This document shows, piece by piece, positions 49,351 to 62,123 of a DNA stretch of 64,000 nucleotides. This stretch comes from Schizochytrium sp. TIO01 (Eukaryota > Protista > Bigyra: Labyrinthulomycetes). A program made the translations under genes and the position numbers. The stretch lies in NCBI GenBank assembly GCA_004764695.1, contig SMSO01000032.1, forward strand, positions 6,232,483 through 6,296,482, read 5' to 3'. Below the pieces are notes generated by a model. The model saw only the letters and a program-made list of their open reading frames with translations, did no database searches and was not told where the DNA came from. The stretch's first letter is position 1; each line of letters begins with the position of its first letter.

Positions 49351-50489
49351 TGTTTGTCATTCTACTACCTTCCGTCCTCATTTTTTCTTTTTCTCTCTTC
49401 GCAAAGCTTAATAAAAAATAGAAAGGTGTTTAAAAAAAATTAAAGTTCAATAAAAATTTCATTAGATACATATAATTTATATCTATATATATATATATAT
49501 CCCTTTTTAGCACTTGAGTGGCCATGGTTGTAAACAACACACACACACACTTATCCAAAAATGCAATAGTACTGCTACATAACAAACAAATGCTCCGCCT
49601 GACGAACCTCTGTAGTACAAGCTGGGGCTCACAATATATAAAGAAGGACCATTGTCCTTTAAACCCACAGAGGAATGCCGTGAACTCATAATACCAAACG
49701 TTTGAGAGTGCTATTGTAGATCCTAACAACAGGAGTAAGATAACCTCTCCCAAGTTCCCATAAATCAAGATTCTTACGTCATCAATTGTGAAGGATGCCT
49801 GTCCATAATTTTACTTATCCCAATGTGTCCTTGTGAAGCTATTACGGCGTTACATCCACAAAGGAGATTGACGGCCATAGCAAACAAAACGTAATCTTCG
49901 CTGATGCTCACCTGTAAGACCCGAAGACACATAATACGGATCAGAAGAAAATATGTAGGCTTTGTTTGACGAGAAGAGCTATTTTTAGTTTGAATTTGAA
50001 AAAAAATGCATAGTTTTACGCCAAACAAATCTTCTAATAACAAACAAATGTCTAAACAAAGTTAAGAGCAGAAGACAAAATTCAAAGAAGAACTTCGCCA
50101 AGAAGCAAGCAAAACTAAAGTGGATAAGTAGTAAAGTAAATTGTAAACGTTACGTAGTAAATTATAAAGAATTAGTTGAAATGGGTAGCGTAGTAGTCCT
50201 TCGGCTATGGAACTTGGCTTGTTAAAAAGATAAATACCTGGCAAACCATAGTTCCTTCGAGTCAGATACTACCTACATGCTCTGAGAGTCGAGCGCACGT
50301 GCCAAATGTCAATGTACGCTGTACACTAGAATCAATCATGTGCAGCAGCAGCAGGCAAAAGACAGCAGCAGCAGCAGCGCGACTCAAAGAACTCGTCAGA
50401 GACGTTGGTGGAGTAACACTTTCTCAAACGCACTTGTAATTGAAGGCGCGAGGATCTCACATGAGCCGGGCAGAAGAAGAGTTTACTGC

Positions 50490-52679
50490 TTAGGCGAGGA
50501 TCTCATCCTTGACGTTGCCGAGAATGTCGTCGAAGTTGGCCTTGAGGACGTTCTGGGAGCCGTTGCCGAGGATGCGGATGATCTGGTGGTCGGTGAAGGA
50601 CATCTGGAGGAAGGCCTCGAGACCCTCCTTGAACTCAGAGCGGGAGATCTCCTCCTTGCCCTTGGAAATCTCAGCCCACATCTGGTCGTTGGAGAGGAGG
50701 CTCATGTCCTGGACGGTGCTCTGGCGAGCGAAGGCCTTGCCACCGAGACGGCGGAGGGAGAGGAGGTACTTGTCGCCGGTCTCCTTGAGGAGGGCGTTAA
50801 GCTTGACGGAGAGCTCAGGGAGGATGTCGCTGCGCTCGTAGGTGGAAACACAGTGGATCTTGTTCTTGCCGCCCTCGGTGATGCGGTCGAAGTTCTGGTG
50901 AACCTCCTCGCAGAGCTGCTTGAGGGTCTTCTCGTCACGGACGCAGATGCCGGAAAGGTCAAGGAAGCAGGTGTTGGTCTCCTTCTTGTAGCTGAAGCGG
51001 GTGGAGAAGGCGCTCATGTCACGGAAGAAGTCATCAACCATCTTCATGTCCTCATCGACGAAGATACGGGGGTCCATGATCTTGAGGGTCTCGCGGTTGA
51101 CGATGGGCTTGGGGTCCATGAAGGGAAGAATGTCCTTGTCGATGTCGATACCGGGGGCAACCTCGGTAAGCTCAACACCATCCGGGGAGAGCTCGAAGAC
51201 GGCACGCTCAGTAATGTAGGTGACGTTCTGGGCGTGGGAGAGGGCCTGGGAACCGGAGAAGGTGACCTCACGGACCGGCTGGAACATGTTGATCTTACCC
51301 TCGTTGTCAATGTTGAGCTTGCCGTCCTTGGTGGAGACCTTGAGGCCCTTCTTGGTGAAGGTACCGAGGAAGAGCACACGGTGGGTAGACTGGGTGATGT
51401 CAATGAAGCCACCAGGTCCAATGTAGCGCTCACCGAGCTTGGAGACGTTCACGTCACCAGTGGAGGCGTTGATCTCAGCGGCACCGAGGTAGCAGATGTT
51501 AAGACCACCACCGTTGTAGATATCGAACTGCTGGGAGGTGTCGATACGGGCCTCAGGGTTGTAGGCAGGGCCGAAGTTGTGGCCAGAGGCACCAAGACCA
51601 CCGAAGAGACCAGCCTCAGTGGTGAGGGTCACGTGCTTGAGGATGGACTCCTCGGCAGCGATGTTGGCGACGTACTCGGGAGCACCGATACCAAGGTTGA
51701 CCATGTCGTAGGGGCGGAGCTCCATGGCGGCACGGCGACCCATGATCTTCTTGGCAGACATGGGAAGACGGGGGACGCTGTCAAGGGGCTTCTTGATGCG
51801 GCCGTTGAGAGAGGGGTCGTATCCAGTGGTGTAGTAGCTCTGGTTGCGGTGCTCAGGGTCGGTGAGGACGATGGCATCAACGAGAGGAGAGGGGACCTTG
51901 ACGTCGGTCATGGGGAGAGTGCCGGCAGCAGCGATGCGGTCGACCTGGGCAATGACGATACCACCACTGGCGCGGGCAGCGGTGGCAAGGAGGAGAAGAT
52001 CCGGGGAGACGGACTCGTTCTCGATGGTGATGTTACCGTCAGTGTCGGCGGTGGTACCCTTGATGATGGTGACATCAATGTTGATGGGCTTGTAGCGGAG
52101 GTACTCCTGGCCGTCCATCTCCATGACCTCAACGAGGTCGTGCTTGGTGAACTCGTTGAGCTTGCCACCAGCGTGGCGGGGGTCGACGAACGTGCCGAGA
52201 CCGACCTTGGTGATGTGGCCGGGGGTGTTGCTGGCACGAGCACGGACCATGCGGGCGACGGATCCCATGGGGAAGGCGTAGGCCTCGATCTGGTTGGCGC
52301 GGATAAGCGGGTGGAGGTCGGGGGACTGACCGTAGTGGGAGGCGATGGTACGGCGAAGCATACCGGGGTGGCGGAAGTGGTTGGTACCGCGCTCACCGTG
52401 GGGGTCACCGAGGCCCATGAACATCAAGGTGAGGTCCTTGGGGTACTGGTTGGCCTGGTAGTGCTCACCGAGGGCCTTGAGGACAGTCTCGGGAAGAGCC
52501 TGGCACACGAAGCCGCTGATGAGAACGGTGTTGCCAGCGCGCACGAGGGAGGCAGCATCGCGCTTGTCGATGACCTTGCTCTGGCTCTGGTTTGTGAAAA
52601 GGCTGCGGAAGCGGCGGAACTCCTTGACGGGAGCGGCCCACTGCTTGGCCTTGTTGGTGGTGGCGAGCTTGGAAAGCAT
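50490..52679 (-). CDS. Propionate/acyl-CoA:acetate CoA-transferase (family I, Pct/YdiF type), mitochondrial precursor, with C-terminal extension
   Basis: Motifs SGFVCQALPE, NQIEAYAFPMG, TKVGLGTFVDPR, GTTADTDGNI, VNLGIGAPE, catalytic TTEAG, GPGGFIDITQ, YITERAVFEL and EVAPGID. Basic N-terminal presequence-like segment; strong codon bias. Confidence 0.9.
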   Translation of the reverse strand: MLSKLATTNKAKQWAAPVKEFRRFRSLFTNQSQSKVIDKRDAASLVRAGNTVLISGFVCQALPETVLKALGEHYQANQYPKDLTLMFMGLGDPHGERGTNHFRHPGMLRRTIASHYGQSPDLHPLIRANQIEAYAFPMGSVARMVRARASNTPGHITKVGLGTFVDPRHAGGKLNEFTKHDLVEVMEMDGQEYLRYKPINIDVTIIKGTTADTDGNITIENESVSPDLLLLATAARASGGIVIAQVDRIAAAGTLPMTDVKVPSPLVDAIVLTDPEHRNQSYYTTGYDPSLNGRIKKPLDSVPRLPMSAKKIMGRRAAMELRPYDMVNLGIGAPEYVANIAAEESILKHVTLTTEAGLFGGLGASGHNFGPAYNPEARIDTSQQFDIYNGGGLNICYLGAAEINASTGDVNVSKLGERYIGPGGFIDITQSTHRVLFLGTFTKKGLKVSTKDGKLNIDNEGKINMFQPVREVTFSGSQALSHAQNVTYITERAVFELSPDGVELTEVAPGIDIDKDILPFMDPKPIVNRETLKIMDPRIFVDEDMKMVDDFFRDMSAFSTRFSYKKETNTCFLDLSGICVRDEKTLKQLCEEVHQNFDRITEGGKNKIHCVSTYERSDILPELSVKLNALLKETGDKYLLSLRRLGGKAFARQSTVQDMSLLSNDQMWAEISKGKEEISRSEFKEGLEAFLQMSFTDHQIIRILGNGSQNVLKANFDDILGNVKDEILA

Positions 52680-55159
52680 GATGCTAATGCGATGTCTTTC
52701 TGTAAATCCACATGGTGTTTCAACAATTGTAAAAAAGCGTTGTTAGTCTCATATGGCATAATAACTTGAGTCAATGAGGATTTCTCGATACGTGCATTCC
52801 TCATCTCAGAAGCCCACGGCGTACACAGCTAGCTGCAACCTGTCTATCGACCTTTCAGGACATTGAATTGACCGCGGTTCGTCCTCCAAACAGGCCAAAG
52901 GATAGATAGACAGATAGATACCCCCAAAGTCCTTTTCTTGTCACTCCATTCACTTGCAACAACATCAACACCATAGTGCTTATTTGAAGAAGAAGCTTTG
53001 TGGGGACTTCGAAGCAGGACATACGGGTTCGTTTGGCAGCAACCAAGGCTTCAATCGGGTAGACGGGCCTCAGCGTAGTGGTTTCCAAGTGCATGTTGCA
53101 TCGAGGTTACGTACCGACGGGTTTTTCTCTCGCTCGAGTGGCGAGATTCGGGTTTGCTGCCGCAGATCTGTCTCGACGGCATTGTTCCCCGCGTTCCCGC
53201 CAAGTCTGCTAAAGTGGCACCACTTAAAGTTTTACTTTTGTCTCTCACGAACGAATAATGTGAATGTCTTGTGAGGGGGCCTTCCATTTTTTAATTTTAC
53301 TTTTAAGATTTTGAAAATTACTTCTCTAAACTAATAAGAGACGAATAAAAACGATGCGTGTATATGAATGAACATCGCTGCGTAGCTTAGAGCAGTTTCC
53401 AGGGAGGGTGCAGAGTGAGGGAGAGGTGACGGTCCGCCGATTAATCGGTCGGTCGTCTCGACTTTGGCATGTGCGTGCATGGTTTAGGTAGGTTTTCTAT
53501 TCAAAGCGGCAGCAAAGCCATTGAGCTGCTCGGAATCGAAAGAAAGTTTTAATAAAGGCAAAAAGAAAAAGATATATATTAAAAAAACAAAAACGTTTTG
53601 GGCTTTGTCTGTTTTTATTATTATTTTGCTTTTATAACTAATTTAATTTTGTTTAGTGTACCTTTGTGACTTTTAAGATGAGAGGACAAAGGAAGAAAGG
53701 AAGGCACTGAGGGGCGCAAACTCATCCATACAATAGGTAGTGAAGTGATTCATCACGAATCGCCTCTGTTTTCACGGCTTTGTCAGGTGTTGATAAGAAA
53801 CAAATAAATAGACTAAAGGCAGAGAAAAGGCATTGTGAGGGCCAAAAAACAAAGCGTGGTTTCAGCAGGTTTGCGAAGATGTTTCATCAATCAATAAATC
53901 AATCAATCAATCAATCAATCAATCATCACTTGCATTGCTGTTTTTAATAGTCACACTATTGGAGGGGGTTTTAGAGCAGCTAGATTGGCGAGTTAATAGA
54001 TATATTAGCTATTTAGGAGGATCAGCTTTTGGGTTCACGGATTGTGATGGATGATAAACTATGGATCAACGGCAGATGAAGATCGCCTTGGAAACAACTT
54101 GCTTTGCTTTATGGATGGACATCCGCTCCGATTTCGTGGAATTCGCTGTGGCTTTGGATCACAGCTGGCCGAGACTGGCGTTCGCAGTTGCGTCGCGGGT
54201 TATCCTGGTGGCGTCGTCAGTTCGTCGGTAGCTGGCTAGCTTGCTATAGCTCGCGAGACTTCTAAAACTCGGTATCTCTATTGCAGACAAAGCGGATCTT
54301 TCAGGACTAACTCAGGCCACGAAAAGGCTGCCTTTTCCGGGCTCCAGCGAAAGCCAAGAAACAAACTACACAAACTATACAAATCATCAGTCGAACCTGA
54401 GAAAGCGGGTCTTAACAACTTACCTCGAATACATATATATATTAGATACACAATCTGTATTTATGTCGAACTGCCTACCGGTACTTGCTTCCTGGCAGTG
54501 CAGGTGGTTCCTAAATTGTAGAAGGTATGCTTTATCTCTGCCAGAGCTCTAGCGTAGTAGTAGCTCGCTACAAACTTGAACGATTCGTGTCCAAGAATAA
54601 CCAACAACCTGCTCTTGGCCATCACAAACACTCCTCACTTCAAATCCAATCGCATTGCATTTTATTGAATTGCATTGGTTTGCTTTGCTTTGCACTGCAC
54701 TGGAGCGCATTACATATTATCCTAGCGCCGTGAGGACATAAACAAAAATGTTTGTACACTCCCAAATGGTTTCTTGAAAATCTCTTGTTCTCCTCCGTCT
54801 CCTCTGAACAGCAGCAAAAGTAATATTTTTCTAATTTGCAACTTGAAAAGTAAAATAAAAATAATTGAATAAAATTATAATTTGCCTTTAATTGTAACAT
54901 CGCATGCAAAGCATGGAAGGAGGAGGGGAAGCGGCTTTTGAGGGAAGAGTAACAGTCCAACGAAACTAGGCTCTTCTGCCGCCGAGTTCAGGCTTCGCGA
55001 GCGATACCGAGGAAATAGATCTATCTCAGGCAGGGCACGGGCCGCCCCGGCTCGCTGATTTCGATTTCTTGGCCGCGACCCGCAGCCTTAGTTAAGCTTG
55101 TTCTCTCATTTCTCTCTCTGTGGCTGCGGCCTTTTCACTCGTAATCGAAGAAAGAACGA

Positions 55160-55191
<32 letters not shown>

Positions 55192-57963
55192 AATTAAAAA
55201 AGAAAGAATCATGGCAACTTTGGTTTTGGAAATTGCCTTTTTCAGGTTGTTTGGCTTGTTTACGAGTGAATGAACGAACGAATGAATAACCAATGGGCAA
55301 TGAATGAAAGGCAAGCTGCCTCTTCGTTCGCACAGCAGCAAGCAAGCAAGCAAGCAAGCAAGCAACGATGCCTTGATTTCCTAGCTCGACAGGTTATCTA
55401 TCGTGTATGAGATTTACGCAACTCATCAGCAAATGAGAATAGAAAGCAAGAATCGGCAGAGGCTCTAGCTAACTAACTGACTAACTTTAGGCTCTCCTTG
55501 GATTGATCGATCGATCCATCGACATGAGAACACATCCTCAATAAGCAGCAGCAGTAACTAACTAACTAACTAACTCACTGCCTTATGGTACAGACAGACA
55601 CATATTTAATAAAGAATGAAATAGATGCGCGAGAGAACACTTACTTAGTCAGTGAGCCCATCTGAACGACTCGAGGGCTCTGCAGTAGAAACCGCCTCCC
55701 TTCGTGACTGAGTTAACAACCAACTGAGAAAGGAAACTCGAAGATCTCCACTCTCACTGCCCAGGGGATCTATATTTTCTGGTGATTTGGCCGTCCATCC
55801 ACAGCCACTTCGAGGTCGGTTTTGAGGTCAGACTAGCTTGGGTTGAGGCCCGCCCTCGAGCGCCTTTTGCCTCTTCTTCGTGGGAGGCCGTCGCTGGAGT
55901 GCACAAATAAATGCATGTATGTATCGCCAGTTATCGCCAGAAGAAACTCAGAGGATGGCGGTCCGAGAAGATAGGAGCTTAAGGACCGTGAGTGAGTCTT
56001 CTTCTGTATAGTTGCTTGTATTGTTTGTTTGTGCAGTAGTTTGTTTCATCGATTGGTTGAATTTGGCCGTAAGGCGAGGATTGCAGCACTCACTCACTCC
56101 CTCACTCAGTTGTTGTGCTCGCTCGCCTGGAGGCTGCTCCGACTTACGCGATCCTCGAGGTTCTTGGCTGCTGTGTGGTCACTACTCCTCACGATGTCGT
56201 CAACAAGGATTCATTCTTCAAGTCGGCACGCACTGAAGTTTGGAGGCGTGCAATTCTCGAGTTCGCCAGCTATTCATTACTCAGCCGGTCAGTAAGTCAC
56301 AGACATCGAACGAACAGCATTCGACGCCAACCCGATACACGGTGAAAGGGTTTGTAAGCGAATTAGTGAGTTAGTGAGTTAGTGACAGCGTGTCCACTGC
56401 TGAAGCACGTTCTTACGGGGTGAGAACGTCGTGGCCAGTACCTGGACCTGCTGCTGGCCAAGAATCTTTCGGGCCTCCTTGCTTTTAGGCAAAAGGCCGA
56501 GGCAACGTTCTGTGGTTCTGTAGTCCCTGCTTCGATATCCATCTCATGAATTTCTCCGCATCTGACTGGCATCGCAACTCTCATCGCTGTGCGTGCTCCT
56601 CCTCTTCTTCTACTTCTTCTTCACGCGTTGCACCTCCTGCTCGAATTTATCCGTGAACTCCAAGACCCCGCATCGCTCGAGCCTCCTCTCACGTCTATCG
56701 TCGTCCCAAAGACACTCGCATTTGCTCCTTCGTCTGTTCAACCGTGTCTCCTCGATTCTCGCAGTTTCGTAGTACTTTGTGCAAAAACCAAAGCTCGAGC
56801 GCCACAACAACTAGGCACAGAAAGAAATGCCAGCTCGAGCGACCTAGGCTCTGCAGCTGAATCCAGCCAGCTCCGGGCGTCGTGCGTGCATCTCTGGCCG
56901 TCGATCCAAGTCTCAACGCGCAAGACGACGACGCCTACGATCTCCTCCATCGCAGCAGCTCCCGCCGCGGCGGGGTCCGCGTCCTCCTCCAAAGCCCTCA
57001 AGTCCTTCACAAAGCCCGCCCTGAGAATTACAATTTCAATCACAATCACAATCACAATCACAATTACATTTATTCTACAAAGTTAAATTCAACGCCCAAT
57101 CGCTGCAAATACACTTCGTCAAAAGCAGCAGCAGCAGCAGCACACGCACGGACAATATGATACCGAGAGTCAAAGCTGTTCTCGTGAGCAACAGAGTTAA
57201 CAGCGGCAAAATGCAGTGCCTGCAGGAAATAAATAGCCAAGAAGTGGCCAAATCGTCGATCCTTAAAAGGCGCTGAGCATCGCTCGCGGAGTCAGCTCTC
57301 TCTCAGAGGCGTAGCTAGCTAGGCAAGAAAACCAACCACCTTTGAGACCGCAGTCACAGCATCTTGGCTGCAGCAAGCGCATCCTCGTCTCATGCATGCA
57401 TGCATGCATGCATCTATATGGTATGTGTATGTTGTTTGTGTATGTATGTATATACTAGACAAATTCGCTGATTGATCGATTGATTGATTGATTGATTAAT
57501 CCATTCCTTCGTTCGTTGACTACGTTTTATTTACTCCGAGCAAAACCATCGAACAAAGGTGTACCATTAGTGCTTCAACAGTGTCTCATCGTTGAAGAAG
57601 CCATTTCATTATGATATTTCTATATATACTTTTTTAATTTTTAATTAACAAATATATATATTTTTTTAAGATTAAAAAGAAGTACTACTAACTATTGTGC
57701 AATACAAATAGAAATCCTCAATTACGTCAGCAGCGCAGCCCTACCTGGCGCTAATTCACTCCTACCGCTCGTACGACGAAGTGGGCATTTTTCCCATCAT
57801 TCCATTCGCCAAAAACGCTAAACCGCAGAACAAAGAAAGAAAAAAAAAAGAAAAAAAAAAGGTTCTTTCGACTCTACGTTTTGCAGATCTATGAGATAGA
57901 TCGATGGATGAGCAATACGAAGGCAGCGAGCACTCGGTTTGTTGGTTTGTTCGTTTGTTTATC

Positions 57964-57966
57964 TAT

Positions 57967-58045
<79 letters not shown>

Positions 58046-58047
58046 TT
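57964..58047 (+). repeat. (TATT)21 microsatellite
   Basis: Read directly. Confidence 0.95.
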
Positions 58048-58740
58048 CGATTGTTTATTTCTTTCTTTGCCCTCACCCACTCCGCGCCGGGCCTCGGCCT
58101 GCGAGCCTGCGGACTTTAGCCGGCTTCCCTGCGATCGCCTCGCCTCGTCTGCCTTGGCCTTTTCTTTCTGCGCCAGGCCTGACTGACTGCGTGAGAAGAA
58201 GCGGAGCCTCAGCCGCAACGCCACTTTTTTTAACAGACAGACACACAATCAACAGCCAAATCGCCAAAGGACTCCCTCAATAAACCTCACTATCACTGTA
58301 AGATCAACTCATAAAAGTTGTTGAATTAATTAATTAAACTCTGATTTTAGGAAAACAAAAACTCAAACTTAAACACTTAAAAAAATAAAAAATAAAAAAT
58401 ATTTATTTATTTATACTTTTACTTTCACAAAAACAATTTCAATGAGGCTTTCATGAACTTGAGGAAGCGATCAACTGCGACTGCCGGGCCTATAGTTTAC
58501 CCTATCCCAGACCCTAAGCAACCCTACTGGCCTTTTCTGCACATTCTTGGGCAGGGACAGGGGTAATAGGTCCCGTAGGCACCGGATAGGGTGCGGTGTA
58601 GGGTAGGTCAACCGTGGGCAGAAGGGAGCATGGTTTTACAATTCACTTCTCGTTCATGCATGCGTGTAGAAATAGGACAGAGTCGATTGGAGAAGATAGC
58701 TGTTGAAGATAGAAATGCTGGGCTTAGAAATGTGCTCTTT

Positions 58741-58940
58741 CTTTCATGACTTGCATGAGCTGTGTTGTGGAGATCTCGGTCAGTCAACCAAGTCAACCAA
58801 TGAGTCGATGAGTAAATCAATCGGTGAATCAATTGACATTCTTTCATGGCTTTCATGAGCTGTGTTGTGGCATGCTCTGTCAGTCAACCAAGTCAACCAA
58901 TCTGTCGATGAATAAATAAATCGTCGAATCAATTAATCAG
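58741..58940 (+). repeat. Diverged 100-bp tandem duplication (2 copies)
   Basis: Copies start at 58741 (ctttcatgac) and 58841 (ctttcatggc). They share catgagctgtgttgtgg, gtcagtcaaccaagtcaaccaat, gtcgatga and gaatcaatt in register. Confidence 0.9.
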
Positions 58941-59920
58941 TGAATCAGTGAATCAATGAATCAATGAATCAATGAATCAATGAATCAATGGATCAATCGA
59001 TGTTCTGAGTCAGACCTTCTGCGATCTCGCGCTGCCTGCCAACGAAGCAATAACCGACCATCGATCAATCGGTTTCCAACCCAATTCCAGTGCATCAGAA
59101 CTGACTAAATTGTCCGTCCAAACGAGGCCACCCATGGATTCTGCCGGGTTCTGAGCAGCGAGTTCTCCATCGGGTTCTGCGCGCTCCGCAGAACCTCGTG
59201 GCGCCAGAAGATTAGATTAGATTGTGGGCTGCAACGATGGCTCTCGTGCAGGCACCGGAGCTTAGCGACCTTGCTTGCTTGCTGCAGCCGCTCTGCGTGC
59301 GGTTGACGGCGTGGTTTTCTGCATTCTTGCTTGCTTGCTTGCTTGCTTGTTTGTTTGCATGAATGAAGAAGAACCAGTCGCCGGTTCTGCTCCAAGGCGT
59401 CAGAAGAACTAGCTGACGCCTTGACTTCGCTCGAGCTTGCTTCGAAGATCGATCATCCCCGCCTGCCTCGACCTGCTCGCCGGCCTTGGTCACATTGGCG
59501 TGCTCGAACCCGCTCTCGAACGAGGACGACTTCCTGCGCTGACAACGGCATCCGCGAACGCGAAACTTGAGCTGAGCCCGCCGAAGAATGTATTCAGTCG
59601 AACTGGATGGAGCCCGCTCCTGCTCAGCACCTCGCCTCCAGCTGCCACCTCGCGCAGCGCCAAGCTTATCGAGCTCTGTCTCCACCACCTCGCGCTCTCG
59701 GTGCTCTTGCCGTCGACCATCGCTGCGTCGGCAAGCACGACGTCAACAGCGACCGCAAGAGCGGCGGCAAGAGCGTGTACGTTTGGCCAAATGCTCTAGC
59801 GCTACGTACAGAGAGCTGGTATCATCCCTTGAGCACGGCTCTTGATTTGTGAAACTAGTTAGTTTGACAGTTCTCGCGGACGGATTCGCGGGCGGAGATG
59901 GTTTCCTCATTCGAGGAAGC

Positions 59921-60070
59921 AAAAGCAAACAAAAGCAAACAAAAGCAAACAAAAGCAAACAAAAGCAAACAAAAGCAAACAAAAGCAAACAAAAGCAAAC
60001 AAAAGCAAACAAAAGCAAACAAAAGCAAACAAAGCAAACAAAAGCAAACAAAGCAAACAAGAGCAAACAA
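59921..60070 (+). repeat. 10-bp minisatellite (AAAAGCAAAC)n
   Basis: 11 perfect units (59921-60030) followed by degenerate units. Confidence 0.95.
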
Positions 60071-62066
60071 AAGGAAACCTCGAAGAAGTGTAATCGATAA
60101 AATATAATGTAAAAATTGTACAAAATCGCAATGAATTGCAATGCTGTGGAAAAACTAGCCGAAAGCTGCTCGAAGATAGCTCAGAGGGTACCGTTCGCAC
60201 GTCAACTCAGATGCTTAAGATCGCTTTTGAGCACGAGCTTCTTGAACGCGGAGTCAGTTTTACACGTCGAACGAATCGCTCCGGATGACGGGGTTGGCTA
60301 AGTTCAACTGAGCTCTCCCTGGTTCTTCTTGTATGTTAAGTCCAATAGCTGATATTGCACTCTTTCTTAGCCAGTTTATTATCTAACTGCTAGGCAGCCC
60401 GAAGTTCTAATAAGTAACTCTTCTAGTATATTTGGCAACGAATGGCTGGCCAAATGACTACAAGTAAATTGTTTTTCACTGCGAAAGTAAGCTTACAAAA
60501 GATGCCACCGAAAAGAACACCTTGCAAGAAACCTCAGGAGCCAGGAGCCGAACGGTCACAGTGGCCCCTTCGAGGCGACTTTCATGTCTATCGATTATGC
60601 CGCAGTGATTATAACGCCATCTTTTGCAGAGGACCAGTATCCAAGTTGGCTCTTCGGAGAGGAATGGAGACACCGAAGACGACAACTGTGAATGTAGAAA
60701 CAAATAAATAATTAAAGAAGTAAAGAACTAAATAAAGAAAGAAATAGTGCCGTTCTAAGGGGTGGTGCACCAAATAAGAGACACGCTACGGGTCCTGGCG
60801 CCGGAGAAAGAGGGAAAGAACTAATGCAGAAAGGAAAGAGAATTTAACAAATTAAATAAAGATTAATTGTAAAAAGTTTTTGCAAATACTAAGCATTGCG
60901 GGTTTTGCAGAATGCCGTACAGAAGGAGATCGATCAATCGCTACATGATCTTTGAAAAGGACTTATCTTTGGGGTTGGGTTTACGAGTTTATGAATTTAA
61001 TGCCTAGCATTTTGGACTTTTTAATGGTTTCCACGGGTGGGTATGCAGGCGTACGCAGACGGCTGGGTCAGGGGGGTTGAGAAGGAAAAAATCTTCTGCT
61101 TTGTTTTTGATGCTATTTCGTTTCGTTTCGCTCAATGTAACGCTATCGTGATATATTTTTATTTTTAATTAAAATATTAATAAAGATATACTCACCCAGG
61201 AAAACTAAAAATTGATTTATTCTCCTCGTTTTATTTTCTTCCTTTGGTTGAAGGAAGCAGCAGTGTTTCTTTAAAAACAAATGCTGAAATGACATAATAA
61301 CTAACCTGATGATGAGATGGATGTCGGTGAACTTAATCATAGAGATGCCAGATCTAACAAAGCTCTTCACATCTTCACAACGGAGAAAATAACCCCAATC
61401 GCCGCGTTCTGCACTGTCAACTCTATGTACCGCCCCATGATTTATCCCCCCTGGGAACCGGCAGTCTTCTTTCAAAGGCTTAGTGACATCATCTGGTGTC
61501 CTATCGTCTAAAGTACGAAGCCCTCAGCCAGGCCCCTCCTCTTAGCACCTCCGTAGTTAACTACTAAATTTGTTGAATTGATTATAACTTTTAAGCTTTC
61601 AGATTTAACCCCCAAAAAAACTACTCTCAAAAGAAAAGATTCTTTGCTTTTGTTTGGCGCATCCTTCAAGTACTAGGATTCAGGTACCTAATACTGTTTG
61701 CTTTGTGTCTAGACTGCGCCTAATCGACTACCTTTTAATTGGATAGATGTTTTTTTTTGTTTCCTTAAACTAATTTTTTAAAAAATAAAAAGTCATTAAA
61801 AGTGCGCGTCTTCTCATCGTTGCGCTCTCTCGACAGTGCGTGAGAAACCTACAACTCACGACGCTCTCTAGGAAGGCTGAAGCTTCCAAGACGTACTCAG
61901 TGATGGCCAGCTTCAGTAGCAAGTTGCTAGGCAGGCAGCTAGCACTTATTTATGAAAACATCACATGATAAAGTAAGGCTTACCTTACATCACAGCACAT
62001 TACATCACTTGTATTGTTTTTCTTTGTAGTTACCTGTTGTTTTACTATATTCTTTATTTGGTTGGT

Positions 62067-62123
62067 TGTTTGTTTGTTTGTTTGTTTGTTTGTTTGTTTG
62101 TTTGTTTGTTTGTTTGTTTGTTT
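62067..62123 (+). repeat. (TGTT)n microsatellite
   Basis: Read directly. Confidence 0.92.

Noticed and set aside
50340-52769. 809-aa plus-strand ORF antisense to the CoA-transferase
   Set aside because: Shadow ORF. Strong C-ending codon bias on the coding strand removes antisense stops; the product is V/L/G/E-rich with no motifs and has a non-ATG start.
59921-60070. Regular repeats (also 58741-58940) considered as CRISPR-like
   Set aside because: No unique spacers, no cas genes, and a eukaryotic context; these are simple tandem repeats.
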